Assembly (NCBI RefSeq): GCF_006345805.1
Contig: NC_042999.1
Coordinates: forward strand, 66,836,001-66,900,000
DNA length: 64,000 nucleotides
Direction: 5' to 3'
Source of the DNA: Octopus sinensis
Lineage: Eukaryota
Position numbers and translations under genes: made by a program
Part shown: positions 24,693 to 38,720 of the stretch, piece after piece
Layout of the letters: the number at the start of each line of letters is the position of its first letter
Position numbering within the stretch: the first letter of the stretch is position 1
The notes under the pieces: generated by a model
The model's input: the letters and a program-made list of their open reading frames with translations, nothing else
The model's database searches: none
What the model was told of the DNA's origin: nothing

Positions 24693-25050
24693 TGGAGGCG
24701 CAATGGCCCTGTGGTTAGGGCAGCGGACTCGCGGTTGGAGGATCGCGGTTTCGATTAACAGACCGGGTGTTGTGTGTGTTTATTGAGCGAAAACACCTAA
24801 AGCTCCACGAGGCTCCGGCAGGGGGGGGGTGGCGACCCTGTTGTACTCTTTCGCTCTAACTTTCACTCTTTCTTCCTGTTTCTTATCCCCGACTTCCTAC
24901 GCAACCGCTGAGCCTGGATGCGCACTCATCCATCCATCGATGCCCTCGGTGTCGGGGATTGACCTGCTTTCTCTTCTGCGGGTCTTACGAATAGCAAAGA
25001 ACCACGTTTCGGACTTTTCCCACGACAAGGACTAAGACCGTTCGCTCAGC
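24693..25050 (+). mobile_element. SINE family B with tail type 2, followed by (AGC/AGT)n
   Basis: Head/body match 4152 copy up to CACTCTTTCTTC, then an unrelated tail CCCCGACTTCCTACGCAACCGCTGAGCC...GGACTAAGACCG. Confidence 0.85.
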
Positions 25051-25087
25051 AGCAGCAGTAGTTGTAGTAGTGGTAGTAGTAGTAGTG

Positions 25088-25122
<35 letters not shown>

Positions 25123-25709
25123 CGTTGTTGTTGCTGTTGTTGTTGTAGCACCAGCTGCTGCAGTAGCAGCGCCGACAGCAACAGTAGTAACAGCAATGAT
25201 ACCGGCGGCAGCAACATGTTTGTCCCTGATGTGAGTGTGTGTGCAGTCATACAACAACGTGGATCTTACTGAAGCATTGTAAAGGACTAACAAATTTTTT
25301 ATCAGCTACAAAGAAAAAACCCGTCTTTGTGGTGCAGATTTAACAACGTCATTAAATGTTTGGCCGCCGTTAAGGTCTAATCATCACAGAATGCGTGACC
25401 TAATGTTTGTTTGAACTTTAATGGTTTAAATATGTAGTGTTCGTGACATGGAAAGCGAGTAAAGGCAATAAAACTGGAATATGTATATTAGGACTTGACT
25501 ACGGGAGAATGTTAATCGAAATAATACGACGGAGGAAAAAATATTTAAATAATCAAGGAATCTGATTTGGTCTAATATTTGACAATTTTTCATTAGCAAA
25601 TATGTCCATTTTCTATTTCTCATTAGTGGTTTCTTTATATATATATTTGTTTGTTTGCTGTTACATTTATTAAAGTTGCTGTTGAAGTAGTAGTAGTAGT
25701 AGTAGTAGT

Positions 25710-25755
<46 letters not shown>

Positions 25756-26976
25756 TGTTGTTTTTGTTGTTGTTGTTGCAGCTGTTGTTGTTGCTGTTGT
25801 AGTTGTTGTTGCTGTTGCTGTTGTTGTTGTCACACATATGACTAGAATAATTTCCATACAACATCAGTTTTATTTGTTCTTTTATGATAATAGAAAGTCT
25901 TCACTTCGTTCATGTCTGCAATCAATTCGGTCGTTTATGAGTTAACATTTTTATGCTGCCTAATCATTCCTGCCAATTTATAATGTCTCAGAATTTCGAC
26001 TGCTTGCTATCACTCAGTGCTGTATATTTTTGATGTTCTGGGAAATTTTGCAATTCTAGAAAATAGTTGTCTCTGTTTTGTATCCTTTCTTAATAAAGAC
26101 ATTTTTATTATACAAAGAAAAAAAAACGTATATATCACTTATATTTTAAGCAGATATTCTCGTTTACAATAGTCTTTCTTCTTAAAGAGCTTTACAATTC
26201 TGTTTTGCAAAAGCGAATATATTGGAAACGGGCGAATTTTAGCAATTATACTAATATGCGTGAATAATAGTTATGCTTGATTCTTCCCGTTTTTTTTCTT
26301 ATTGCAATCAATTCTCATTATTATAAAGCAATATTACAAAAGGTGTATAGAAATCTATTACATATCAGAAATACTGGGATGATACTTAGTGCAATGTCCA
26401 TACGCAACCTTATCTAAATTGAACGTAAATGTCTATACGATTCTTCCAACCAAATTTGAAATCCAGTTTCTACTTTTACCTTGACATCACACATTGTTTA
26501 AAGTAGGAATGCACAAGCTTTTTAGACGAATGAGCCGCATCAGGCATGGATTATCATCAGGCGGGCCGCGCTCTACTAACAAGATTCAATGAAAACTTTT
26601 GGTGACGTGGCATTCATAAAGTCTCACGGGATGCAGTTTACCCATAACTTTAAGCTTCGATGGCAACGAAAATGCATGAAAATACTAGTTTCTCCTTATT
26701 CAGTATAAACTGAAACCTGTATACCTACAGTAACTACTAATACTTTGTAGCTTTTGAGTAGACCACTCTACTGCAAACATCTGGAACAACTAAAGAGTCT
26801 GACAATAACACACTATCTCGACAGGTTGGGTCATAGTGCACTATGCATTGCATTGTTATAGTTTGTTAAAGGGTAGAGGCAGAGAGAGTTCTCCAGCCGC
26901 AAGCCAGACACGACAGGTACCCGTCTTCATGATTATTGCAAAACTAGTTTATTTGCTTCGTGCAACAGCTAACTTG

Positions 26977-27040
26977 TATGTATGCATGTATGTATGTATT
27001 TATGTATATATGTATGTACGTATGTATGTATTAATGTATG

Positions 27041-27074
<34 letters not shown>

Positions 27075-27164
27075 TGTATGTATGTATGTATGTATGTATG
27101 TATGTATGTATGTATGTATGTATGTATGTATGTATGTATGCATGTATGTAAGTATTTATGTATG

Positions 27165-27200
<36 letters not shown>

Positions 27201-27218
27201 TATATGTATGTATGTACA
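26977..27218. repeat. (TATG)n microsatellite
   Basis: Direct reading. Confidence 0.95.
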
Positions 27219-28074
27219 TGTCAAATCATTCTCATGAGTGATTTTGGTAACATGGAATCCAGTGCAACCTGTTGCATGGACTGGTCGTCGGCGAGTAAAC
27301 CGGCACCCAAAGTAGGCTAACCTGGCGATGAAGGTTGCTAGAAACTGAGCAGGCGTAAAAACAAGACCTGTCAAAACGGCTGAGGAATGTAATGTAGGTT
27401 CAATGACTATCTAGCAATAACAAAATCCCTCAGAAATTCCGGGTTTTGTCAGATATGTAGGAAGACCACTGAGGGTGAGGCAATCCTTAGCCCTTGTTAA
27501 ATCATTTCTCTACGAGAAGGTCATTCTGATATAACACCAAATGTGCAAGGCATGACATTGAATATATCTAAGGATCTTTTGCTTGCGTATGAGATCAAGG
27601 CGCTCCCACATTCCTGAGCCTACGACTCATATTCGCACCGGATATTTTGCCCTCGCTTGACTCCTGGGTAATGTCAATAAGATAGAGGAGGTATGAGGTT
27701 CTGTGCTAGTTTTACTGGATATAAAATATTAGGTCGTGCAATTGCCAGCAAGGCGACTATCCGAGGCCCGGCAAGCATGGAAGCCGCAGGCGCGAACCTG
27801 CAGGAAGTTGACTACCGGTGCAATAATCTCATGCACGCGCATTACTGGCAATTTGCCAGGGCAATTTTCAGTGATGGTCTTCCTCAGCCATTAGTGGATA
27901 ACCATCATTGATATATATACATATCTAATGCATATCATTATAAATAAATATATGCATACTTACATATATCTATATATCTATATAGATAGATAGATTAATA
28001 AATAGATAGATAGATAAATATATAGATAGATAGATAGATAGATAGATAGGTAGATAGGTAGGTAGGTAGGTAGG

Positions 28075-28151
<77 letters not shown>

Positions 28152-28153
<2 letters not shown>

Positions 28154-29140
28154 GTTTCTTTATTGGCCACACAGGGCTGCACACAGATGGGACAAGTTAC
28201 AAGGTAGAGCTTTTCTTTTGGGGGATGAAGAGAACAAAAAACAAAAGAAAAAAAAGGGGTGGCGTAGGTTTTCGATCAAGAGGGATCGTAAAAGGGAAGA
28301 AAAGAACAAAAAAAAATTTGAATAAAATAAAAGGAATAAAAGTAAAAAAAACAAAAGGAAAGAGAAATGAAAAAAGAGGAAAAAAGGGGAGAAAAGGGGG
28401 AAGAGGAAAAAGAACGATCAATAGGGATCGTGTATCACAGTCTTATGATATATGGTGTAAAGGGGAAAGCAAGTAAGGTTTATCCGTGGGAAGAAAAGCC
28501 TACGAAAAAGACCACGGTAACCTTGGTCAATATTGTTATATGTTACCACATTTGTTTGCAAGTGGGTAACCCTCTGTTTTCAATTTCTGGGTTCATAGGA
28601 TTATGCTCAAGGTGGCTTCGTCATTCATACGTGCCATTCTTGCTACATTCACCCATCTTTTTTTAAAACATTCACTAGACAAAACTTGCCTCTCTACTCT
28701 CACTTTCCTTTTCAAGTGGTACTTGAAGAAGTTGATGAGAGATTGACCAGAGAGGAAAGTGTTTGTCTCCAATCCTTTCAGACGCGTCCACCAGATACAT
28801 TCTTTCGCCATAGCCACAAGGATGATGAAAATAGCTCTTCCTTCCCGTTTGAAGGAAGGAGGCGTGACAATATTGACGATAGACTCAGCTGATAAACCGA
28901 CTCGTCCCACACGTGACAGCAGTTGTTCGACATAAGCCCACAGGTCGGAAATTGTTGGACACTGCACGAGTGCGTGCAGAACGGTTTCGTCGCTCTGACC
29001 GCATCTCGGGCAGGTCGGCCCCGTGTTTCTCGAGCCGTGTCTGTAGAGCTTATCCCGAACGGGTATCGCTTCTCGGTAGCACTGCCAGGCCAGGGATCTC
29101 TGGAAGTTGTCCATGGGCCCTGGCCCGAAAGTCGTCCTGA
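28152..29140 (-). mobile_element. Tx1/L1-group LINE, 5'-truncated, ORF2 C-terminus plus 3' UTR, embedded in (GATA)n
   Basis: ORF 28593-29114 with LAWQCYR..LPVRDKL and CCHC knuckle CPRCGQSDETVLHALVQC; pyrimidine-rich 3' UTR ending AATAAAGAAACTT; GATA arrays on both sides. Confidence 0.9.
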
Positions 29141-29165
29141 GATAGATAGATAGATAGATAGATAG

Positions 29166-29292
<127 letters not shown>

Positions 29293-29586
29293 TAAGGCAA
29301 ACAATTCGTCAATGCAAGACGAAGACATTTGATTACAATCAACCCAATCTACCCAAAACGTGTTATACATAAAGGATGGTAAATATAGTAGAAACTGGTG
29401 ATGAGCTTTACTACTTTAGCCTATATCTACTGACTCAAAATGAAAACTTCATTAGCTGGGGTTTTCTTTTTGTCTTTTTGCTTGTCTTTTTTAATAAGAC
29501 AATGACACAACCACAATTCCAACTGGAATTTTGGTGGCATACCCGTTTGAACACTCAGAACGCATGCCTGTTAGTATCATGTATAT

Positions 29587-29633
<47 letters not shown>

Positions 29634-29739
29634 TATATATATAACATATATATATAATATATATATATATATTATATATACATATATACATATATATATA
29701 TACATATATACACATATACATATATATATATATACATAT

Positions 29740-29772
<33 letters not shown>

Positions 29773-29783
29773 TATATACATAC

Positions 29784-29839
<56 letters not shown>

Positions 29840-29889
29840 ATACATATATATATATGTATAAATATATATATATATCACAAAAAAGATAG

Positions 29890-30393
29890 ATGGCATGTCA
29901 GACCTTGACTACTGGGGTAGACTAAAGAAGCTGAAATTATATTCACTCCAACGACGCCGTGAACGCTACATTATCTGCATGATGTGGAAAATATTCCATC
30001 AGCACTGTCCGAATGATGTTGGCATCACCTTCAAAATGCATCCAAGGCTTGGACCACGTGCCATCCGTCCACAACAAAAATCTAAATCGCATCACATAAC
30101 GACAATACGGCACAACTATTTCACCTCAATTGGACCCGCTCTCTTCAGCATTACACCAGGACACGCCAAAAAAGAAACTGACCACACAAAATTCAAGAAG
30201 TCTTTGGACAAATTCCTTCAAACAGTACCGGACAAACCACCCACACCCGGATATGTCTCCGCAAACAATAACTCTCTGCTCGAATGGGCCTTGGTGCCCA
30301 AATCCTGAACTGAAAGACTTCGCCAGGTGGTGCTATTAAGTTAGACATGGCCTGGGCCAATACTGGCCAAAAACCTTTCTAAGTTATTCTAAG

Positions 30394-30396
<3 letters not shown>
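29890..30396 (+). mobile_element. CR1-group LINE 3' fragment
   Basis: ORF 29895-30308: YWGRLKKLKLYSLQRRRERY...FKKSLDKFLQTVPDKP.TPGY...NSLLEW; short tail (TTCTAAG)2. Confidence 0.85.
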
Positions 30397-30489
<93 letters not shown>

Positions 30490-30556
30490 CTATATATTAT
30501 ATATATATATATATATATAATTATATATATATATATACATATATAATATATATATG

Positions 30557-30593
<37 letters not shown>

Positions 30594-30703
30594 AAATATA
30601 TATATAATATATATACATATATATATATATATATGTATAAATATATATATTATATATATATATATATATATACATATATATATACACGTATATATATATA
30701 TAT

Positions 30704-30893
30704 GTTACAGTTCTGTATTTAAGAGATGAGGAATTCTGTACATTATTTACATTATTTACATTTGACGGACATTTGTCCACATCTTGTTTGTTGTTAACAT
30801 AACGTTTCGGCTGATACACCCTCCAGCCTACATCAGGTGTCCTGGGGAAATTTCTAACCTGGATTCTCATTCCTAAGGTATTTTTCGATGTTG

Positions 30894-30954
<61 letters not shown>

Positions 30955-31034
30955 ATTTACTGCTTAGGATTGAACTCGGAATCTTGGGGTTAGTAGCTCG
31001 CGCTCTTAACCACTATGCCATATACCCGCGGGCA
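30704..31034 (-). mobile_element. tRNA-headed SINE (family E) containing a hammerhead-like motif
   Basis: Minus: A box TGGCATAGTGG (31020-31010), B box GAGTTCAATCC (30977-30967), (AAT)n spacer, then GACAC-CTGATG(T)A-GGCTG..CAGCC-GAAACGTT-ATGTT (30841-30796). Confidence 0.8.
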
Positions 31035-31786
31035 TATGGCTTTGTGGCAGCTGTCCAAGTCTTTGTGAGTTTCTCTATTGCAGCAATTAAAATAGTAGGT
31101 ACTTTTGCCAGATGTATGCACTTTAACATCAGCCATGAATGAGGGATAGAGGAATAGAGTTCTACTTTTATTGTTTGCATCACCAAACCGATATATTGTA
31201 TATATATATATATATATGCGTATGTATGTGTTTGTGTGTATCTGTGAATAAATTTGCACATACATGCGTATATGCATCAGGCCACCACAAACTAAGAAAT
31301 GAACAGCTCTCTAGACAAGTTTTAGCATATAATTTTAATGAAGGACAAATTAAAATCACGAAAACAGAAGATAGAAAGGTTCTCGGTAAACGAAAAAGAT
31401 AAAAAAGATAAAGAAAACAAAATCCACAAAAATGCACAACAAATGTATATATCCTATCTTCAGCTGCCTAGCGGATATCATTATGGTTTGCCTGCAAACT
31501 CTTGGAAGTAGGTCATAGCTTTCTGCATAAGCAACTGAAATATTGAATAGTGGAATAGCATGAACAAAACAAATGGCCTTTTGTTTCAATTTCTGTGTCT
31601 ATAGAACTTATTTGCACTTTATAATAATGCTATCTGTACTTTAATGTACGTGATCTATCATGTAACCTCAGGTTATATGTATTTATCTATATGCACGTAT
31701 ATTATATTCAATATTTTACCGCTTACTATATCCATTCATAACAATGTCTGCCTATCTATCTTAATCCTTTTATCAAAGTAGTTTTT

Positions 31787-31852
<66 letters not shown>

Positions 31853-31867
31853 TATTTACATTATTTA

Positions 31868-33560
31868 CAGTATTTCTTACCCTTACAACTGAGAACAGAA
31901 TAATTGTTTCTAATAGTATAGGCATTACAAAGGGAATATTCCAGGGAGATAATCTTTCTGTACTTCGTTTCATTTTAGCACTGAGTCCATTATCGTTCCT
32001 ACTACAGAAAACAAATGGTTACATGCTAGGATCTTCAACTGGCAGAAACATCGATATAACTCATAATTTCTTTGTAGACGACCTGAAGTTTTATGCTAAA
32101 AGTGTTAACAATATCAAAGACAACTGGAATCAATAATTTCAGCTAATATAGGCATCGAATTTGGCCAAAAGAAATGTTCATATTTGGTTGTAGAATGAGA
32201 AAAGTCAGTCCCTCAAGCCCAAAACCTGTGCATCAACGTTCTTTCCATTTCCCCCCATGTCATACAAAGAATGTTACTGTGAATAAAGATAGAGTGACCC
32301 GAGAATATTACACAAGACTTAGGAAAATATGGTAGTCGGAACTGTCCTCTTACAACAAAACAATATCCCATAATGCATTTGCAGTACTAGTGCTGATCCC
32401 AACATTTGGGATACTTGATTGGTCTGTAGAGGAAATCCACTCCATAGATATCAAAACCCGCAAAATCATGACAACAACTGGGAACTTCCACAGACACAGT
32501 GATGTTGACAGGCTCTACATAAGAAGAAATGAAGGTGGTAGAGGCTTGAGATCAGTATAGACAGCCTTCGAATGCCGTATGGTATCACTCAGGCAGCACT
32601 TGCTAAACAACGTCAGCAAAAATAAATATATAAATGCAGTGCTGAAAAGTGAGATGAGCAACATTGTACGAATTGGCAGTGAAGTCCTCAAGAAACACTC
32701 TCTTCCTGATGATCTCCTATACAGCCTCAAAACAGCTGGGCTCTCTTACCACAGAGAAGACCTGAATGGAAAGCATTCAGCATACAAACAAAAAAAAAGG
32801 GCATGCTTGAGTATGTTGCCTGGAAGCTTGAAGCTTGAAATTGCCACAAAGTATCTAGTGAACAAGAGAGACACTGACGCTCTTTAATCCCAATGTGTAG
32901 GCTATCTCATGTTTCTGTGGAAGACATTACGCATGTGATTAGCAGCTGTCCTAAAATGTCGTCACACTACTACCTCCTTATGCGGCACGATGTTGTTGCT
33001 AAAATACCATGAGCAAAAAGACTGTCCTGAAATACGCTTATGAAATCCCTCTGTTTTGGAATACATTCATAAACACCAACTCAAGAAATACTGGTGGAAT
33101 ATTCGCATCAAAACTTCTGTCAAATGTAAACATAACAGGCTGGATACTGTTGTTTGGGACAGAGGGGCAAAATTATGTACCATCATGGAGATTAGCTGCC
33201 CCGCAGATATAAATATCTCTCTGAAAATCAAAGAAAAAGAGGATATCTATGGAGAACTGCTTCGAGACCTCCAGTTTCTATATCCAGACTATGAATTTAT
33301 ATTTATACCAATAATAATTGGAGCACTAGGTTTTGTTAGTAAATGCTTAAAGGAGAATCTGGATAAACTGGGCTTTTTAGAAAGAGAAACTGACAGGCTG
33401 ATTCCTACGTTACAAGCGTAATCTGTGAGTGGAACAATAAAAATATGCAAGACTTTTCTCAAGTTCCAAATGTGAATTTTTCTGTGTTACCTACATCCTA
33501 AAGACGGAGTCTTGTATCTTTGTTGGAAACCGGCTCCCTCCCCAATAGAAGATTTATAAT
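31868..33560 (+). pseudogene. R4/Dong-type (RT + CCHC + restriction-like endonuclease) non-LTR retrotransposon, 5'-truncated, disrupted
   Basis: GIFQGDNLS (31933), FVDDLKFYA (32071), RLYIRRNEGGRGL, CRLS...EDITHVISSC, RHD, HNRLD..MEISCP..KEDIY..LQFLYPDY..IIIGALG; ends near TATAATAATTAA. Confidence 0.9.
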
Positions 33561-34084
33561 AATTAAAAAATAGAAGAGACATATATATATACATGCATCC
33601 TAAAACCTTGGAACTCCCGAAACAGGGCCCCACTAGTAGATATAGTTTAAAGTCATACACAGAACGTACCTATAATACACTTTCAGTTTCATTTTGGAGC
33701 AACAGTTTGGATACATACAAACCCGCTTGGTGTACAGTATGTCTAAACTTGGTCTCTTGAGAGTAAAAGTGAATTTTCTTAATCATACATTATCTGAAAC
33801 AATAAAAGTCTGTCCTTAAAATTTAAAAGATTATACTCAAAAGAAGATGTTCGTCTTCTTCACAACCTTGCTAATAAACTTTTGGCCGTCAAAATTAGCT
33901 CTAAAATAACAAGAAGAAAACGAAAACTTGCATACATGTATATATTCACTTTTATGTGTTAAGATTAATATATGCGAAGAAAATAGATGGAAAACTAGTC
34001 GAGAAATCTCAAATTCCTCGCACTACAGTCGAATGAAATACATTAGTTTCCACTGGCTACTTTCCGATGCGAAAATATGATATA

Positions 34085-34966
34085 CGAGTTACAGGAAACG
34101 TTACTCGAAAGTAACAGGAAACGTTCTCTGTGTGACAAACCCGCCACTTGCTGCAGCCCTCAGGCATCAGTCTGCCAACTGGCGGAGTACGCTGATGTCG
34201 TACTGCTACGTGGTACGTCTTTCATTTGCAGTGCTTCTCCCTTGTATCTCGAATTTTACGATGACCAAACGAAGGAGCAGCATGCTTCAGTGAAATTCTG
34301 TTTTCTTCTGGGGAAAACGGGGTTGAAAGAGTTGTCATGCTTCAAACAGCTTACAAGGCTGCTGCTATGGGAAAAACACAAGTTTACGAGTGGTTTTCAC
34401 GCTTTAGGAACGGTTACATGTCGCTTGAAGACCAACCTCGTTGAGGGCGGTCGACGACCTTCTGAACGAATGAAGACATCACGAAAATTCACGAACCGAT
34501 TTTCAGAAACCGTCACCGAACAATTGACAAACTTGTTGATATGATTGGTGTGTCCTGGAGCTCCTGCCAAAGAATTTTAAGCAAGGAATCACGAATGGAA
34601 AGATTTACAGCAAACTTTGTGCCTCGCTTGCTCACAGAAGTGTGAGACAGATTTTGACCAAAAATGGAAAGAGCCCACTAACGCACCTTTCCAATTCACC
34701 CGATCTTGCTCCCTGCGACATTTTTTTGTTTGTTCCTCCAAATGAAAAAAGTCCCGAAAGGAAAACGTTTTGCAGATGTGGAAGAGGTGAAGAAAAAAAC
34801 GACGGAGGTGTTAAAACCATCACTTTGCAAGGGTTGCAGAACTGCGCCTGAAAAACACATCTGGGCCGTAAATTGCTTCAAATAGGTGATAAAAGTGTAA
34901 ACATATAAAACTAACTGAATAAAATAATATTGTAGAATTCCAGTTTCTTTTGAGTCCCCCCACTCG
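34085..34966 (+). mobile_element. Internally deleted mariner element (Hsmar2/irritans-like sequence style)
   Basis: EQHASVKFCFLLGKT, KTQVYEWFSRF, VPRLLTE joined directly to VRQ..., SPDLAPCDIFLF; diverged TIRs (CGAG..ACTC.AAAG.AAC.GGAA); TA flanks at 34083-84 and 34967-68. Confidence 0.85.
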
Positions 34967-36121
34967 TATTTAGCAGAAACATGTTTGCGACGTGGGATAA
35001 TATATAACATGTAGCATATGGGTCTCATATTTACATGCGTCTGATTTGATTGGACTTCGATTCCACTTGTTTACAGTTTGATATTCTATACGGCGATAAT
35101 TTACTTCTGGTTAATGAGATCCTCTACACAGAGATACATTCTCTCTATATATGTATGGAACTCCTACTCGGTGATTTAAATTATCTACTTAAAGTTGTTC
35201 AGTGTTTTCGTTACAAACCTATTTGCTAGGGGCTATTTATCTGAAAATTGCAATGCATTGAATCGATTTACAATACCTGATCCCTTGCCTTGATCTCGGC
35301 AAGAAAACGGTATATAAACAGGTGGGAGCAACTGAAGAAATAGGCCTGAAGTGGTCTGCATGATGACGTGCATAATGCGTACCTTACTTCATACATAGGT
35401 AACTCACCAAAACAATAAGACTCTGTGTCGATATAATGTATATACACAATATTTCTATAAGATATGTCGTATGATTTCATTGGATTTCGGTTCGATTTAC
35501 ATATATTCGAATACAAAGCATAATATTATTTACGATAGATAGATGGATATATACATACATGCATACATACAAACATACACACACACATACATACATACAT
35601 ACATACATACATACATACATACATACATACATACATACATAAATACATACATACTTACAAACATACACGCATACATACATACAAACATACACATATACAT
35701 AAATACATATATACATACAAACATACACACATACATACATACATATATACATATATACATACATAAATACATATATACGTACGTACACACATACATACAT
35801 ACATACATACATACATACATACATAAGTATATGTGGAAAATATAGATAGATAGATAGATAGATAGATAGATGGAGAGAGAGGGAGAGAGAGAGGTGGGGA
35901 GAGAGAGAGGGATATGAATGTACATACGTAGATGTATACATGTTCATGCATATATATGTTTCAGTCATTAGAATAAGACTATGACCGGGAAACGTCTCGG
36001 GGAATTTTAGTCGAAAGATTCAAGTCCTGTACATATATTATTTTTTTTAATATAAGCGTGGTACCTATTCAACCGAGCTCTTTGGCCAACTCCTGAGTTA
36101 TATGCATATATGAGTTACATG

Positions 36122-36186
<65 letters not shown>

Positions 36187-36190
<4 letters not shown>

Positions 36191-36591
36191 AAATTTAAAG
36201 GACTGACCATTAAAAGTGGACGGTCAACATGCTAGATATAGACGTCAAATCGCATTTGAAAGATACACAAAAATATAATCGGTTGGACTCTATGCATGCG
36301 AGACTCCGGTCAAACGTTTTTGCATCTAGTCCTGCAAATTGTATTTCTATATGACAGACTATGCTGATGAGATTGCAGTTATCCATGTGGATATTAATAA
36401 TCGAAACTGATCGGTCCATAGGTAATCATTTTTATTTCGTATATTTTCATTTGTCTTGCTTATTTTTAATGCTTTGGTTTGTACTGAGTTTTTTTATTTG
36501 AGAACATATTCTTTGTGGAAAATGGCGATTTGACGTCTAAATCTAGCATGTTGACCGTCCACTTTTAGTGGTCAGTCCTTTAAATTTTGTA
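36187..36591 (+). mobile_element. ~405-bp element with 67-bp inverted arms enclosing a hammerhead (Penelope pseudo-LTR with inverted tail, or MITE-like)
   Basis: 36187-36253 vs 36525-36591, 65/67 complementary. Confidence 0.8.
36359..36421 (+). ncRNA. Type I hammerhead ribozyme motif, intact core
   Basis: Helix I CTATG/CATAG; CTGATGA (36364-70); helix II GATT/AATC with TATCC/GGATA extension; GAAA (36403-06); helix III ACTG/CGGT around GATC palindrome; GUC cleavage triplet (C at 36416). Confidence 0.85.
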
Positions 36592-36675
36592 TGTAAAAAT
36601 ATTTTAATCTTCGGATTCTTTTAATATGCTGGGCCACTGGTTTTAATTGATTAATACCAATTTCTACCCTTATTA

Positions 36676-36734
<59 letters not shown>

Positions 36735-36809
36735 TATACATAAATTAATATATGCAGCAAGGCGCAATGTGATGCCGTAAAGGAAAATATAAACGTTATT
36801 GAACATGAC

Positions 36810-36997
36810 TAAGGGCATTAAAGGACCTACATGGCGAGAAATGTCGAAATGTGTGCCGAACATGTGCTGGAGTGCCCGCGGGCTATGGAGTCTGGTCTCA
36901 CTGATGGCTATAATATGCAGATTTTGTGACTTGATGTCGTTTAACAAGTAAGCTTTGTTTCCAATCCACGTACATTTATACTGCCTATTTTGAGCAT
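36810..36997 (-). pseudogene. Tx1/L1-type ORF2 N-terminus (APE endonuclease) fragment
   Basis: MLKIGSINVRGL, frameshift, then KAYLLNDIKSQNLHIIAISETRL. Confidence 0.8.
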
Positions 36998-37356
36998 GTT
37001 CCTATCGAAAGTTGTGTTTTACACACGAAAGGAAAGTGAAAAAGAAAGAGAGAGAAAGAGAGAGTCACTTACTGTTCGAAAGTTCTTCACCCCACAGTCT
37101 TCTCCCAGAAGGTCTGTATACAGTTTTTTGGACAAATATTTTTGAAATCTCCCAACAGCATCAGGGTAGAAAGATTTTAGGATGCTGTGTTTGTTCTATG
37201 TTATGTGTATGATTTTAATGTGTTGTCGTGGTGTTGTGCGTGGGTGATTCATTGCGAGAAATAAGAGTTAAAATGTTCTTAATGCGGTAGGAAAAGCACA
37301 TAAATGTATAAATGTATATACATGTGTATACTCATACACACAACACTTATGCGCAT

Positions 37357-37392
<36 letters not shown>

Positions 37393-37434
37393 TACAGTCA
37401 TGTGGTTAACCCCGGATCAACCCGGGACCTACAT

Positions 37435-37485
<51 letters not shown>

Positions 37486-38573
37486 TAAATTAGAGATAAA
37501 ACCACTATTAGGCAAATCAAACAGTGAAAAACATAAACTAAAACATAAAAATAAAAATAATTAATATAATGTACAAAATATATAAAATATAACATTTAAA
37601 ATCTAAATTATTTAAATTTAAAATTTTTTGAATTTTATTTATAAATTTTTATATTTTTTTATTTTTTAAATATTTTTTAAATTTCAAATTGATAAATTTT
37701 TAAACTTTTAAACTTTAAACTTTTTTTAAATATAAATAACTATCATATATATATATATATATATATATCATATATATACATTTATATATACACCTACGTA
37801 AATATGTTTACATTAACATTCACTTCATCACCCCTAATGAAAAGTAATATTGATCGATTAAGATCAGTTAAAATTTGATTGGTTAGTCGAATTATAAATA
37901 TTGTTTCAAACCAAATGGCATTTCAAGTGAATTTGGATATGTCTAATGGTTTATTTAGATTCATTTTTAATAAAGGATTAAAATGTTATCATTATTTTCA
38001 ATTAAGCTATTCTGATGTAAGAGGGGAGAGAGTTATATAAAATATTCATATGAATTTATTTGAAATTTATATATAAGCGCATGAAAGTGCGCAATTATAA
38101 ACAATTGGTCATAAAAGTAACTTTGAATGATGAAAAAGGTAATTAGTTAAATGGTAACCTATTGATTAGAATTGATTAGGATGTCATCTATTAATGTACT
38201 CACATATAAATACGCAAATATATACATATTAGTGCTCACACACACACGCACGTAGAAGCATGCATATAAGCACATTCGTACGTATAAATGTAAGTTTAAA
38301 TAGAAATAGAAAATGAATATACTCATACGCGCACATGTATTCATACATATATACGGGCAAGAAAATTCACATCCATATAGGCATCATAAAAACATAGATA
38401 GATATATAAGCACAGGCAGATATATAATATATACATACGTATCAACATAAGAGCATATACATATATACACACATATACACACACGTACATATAACTATAT
38501 ACATACACACACATATATATATATATATAATATATATATATATTATATATATATTATATATATATATATACAT

Positions 38574-38605
<32 letters not shown>

Positions 38606-38606
<1 letters not shown>

Positions 38607-38720
38607 TGGCCTGCTCGCTTAGCCAGCAAGGTGGCGTCATCTGAATGCTAAAACAATGCGAAGCGCATTGTGACCAGCGGTGTGTAGTAGCATTTGACAG
38701 CCTGGTCGGTCACGGTGATA
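38606..38720 (+). mobile_element. 115-bp structured module (same as tail 1 of SINE family B), stand-alone in (TA)n
   Basis: TTGGCCTGCTCGCTTAGCCAG...ACAATGCGAAGCGCATTGT...GGTCACGGTGATA; matches 4342-4465 and 49086-49205. Confidence 0.85.

Noticed and set aside
27235-27910. GC-richer block possibly from a LINE 5' UTR
   Set aside because: No diagnostic motif, ORF or terminal structure that I can support from sequence alone.
34077-34544. 155-aa ORF
   Set aside because: It wanders between frames of the degenerate mariner; not an independent gene.
38606-38720. HDV-like ribozyme fold for the 115-nt module
   Set aside because: P1/P2/P4-like pairings can be drawn, but the P3/L3 segment is too long and the catalytic J4/2 motif is absent; a simple nested fold is better.
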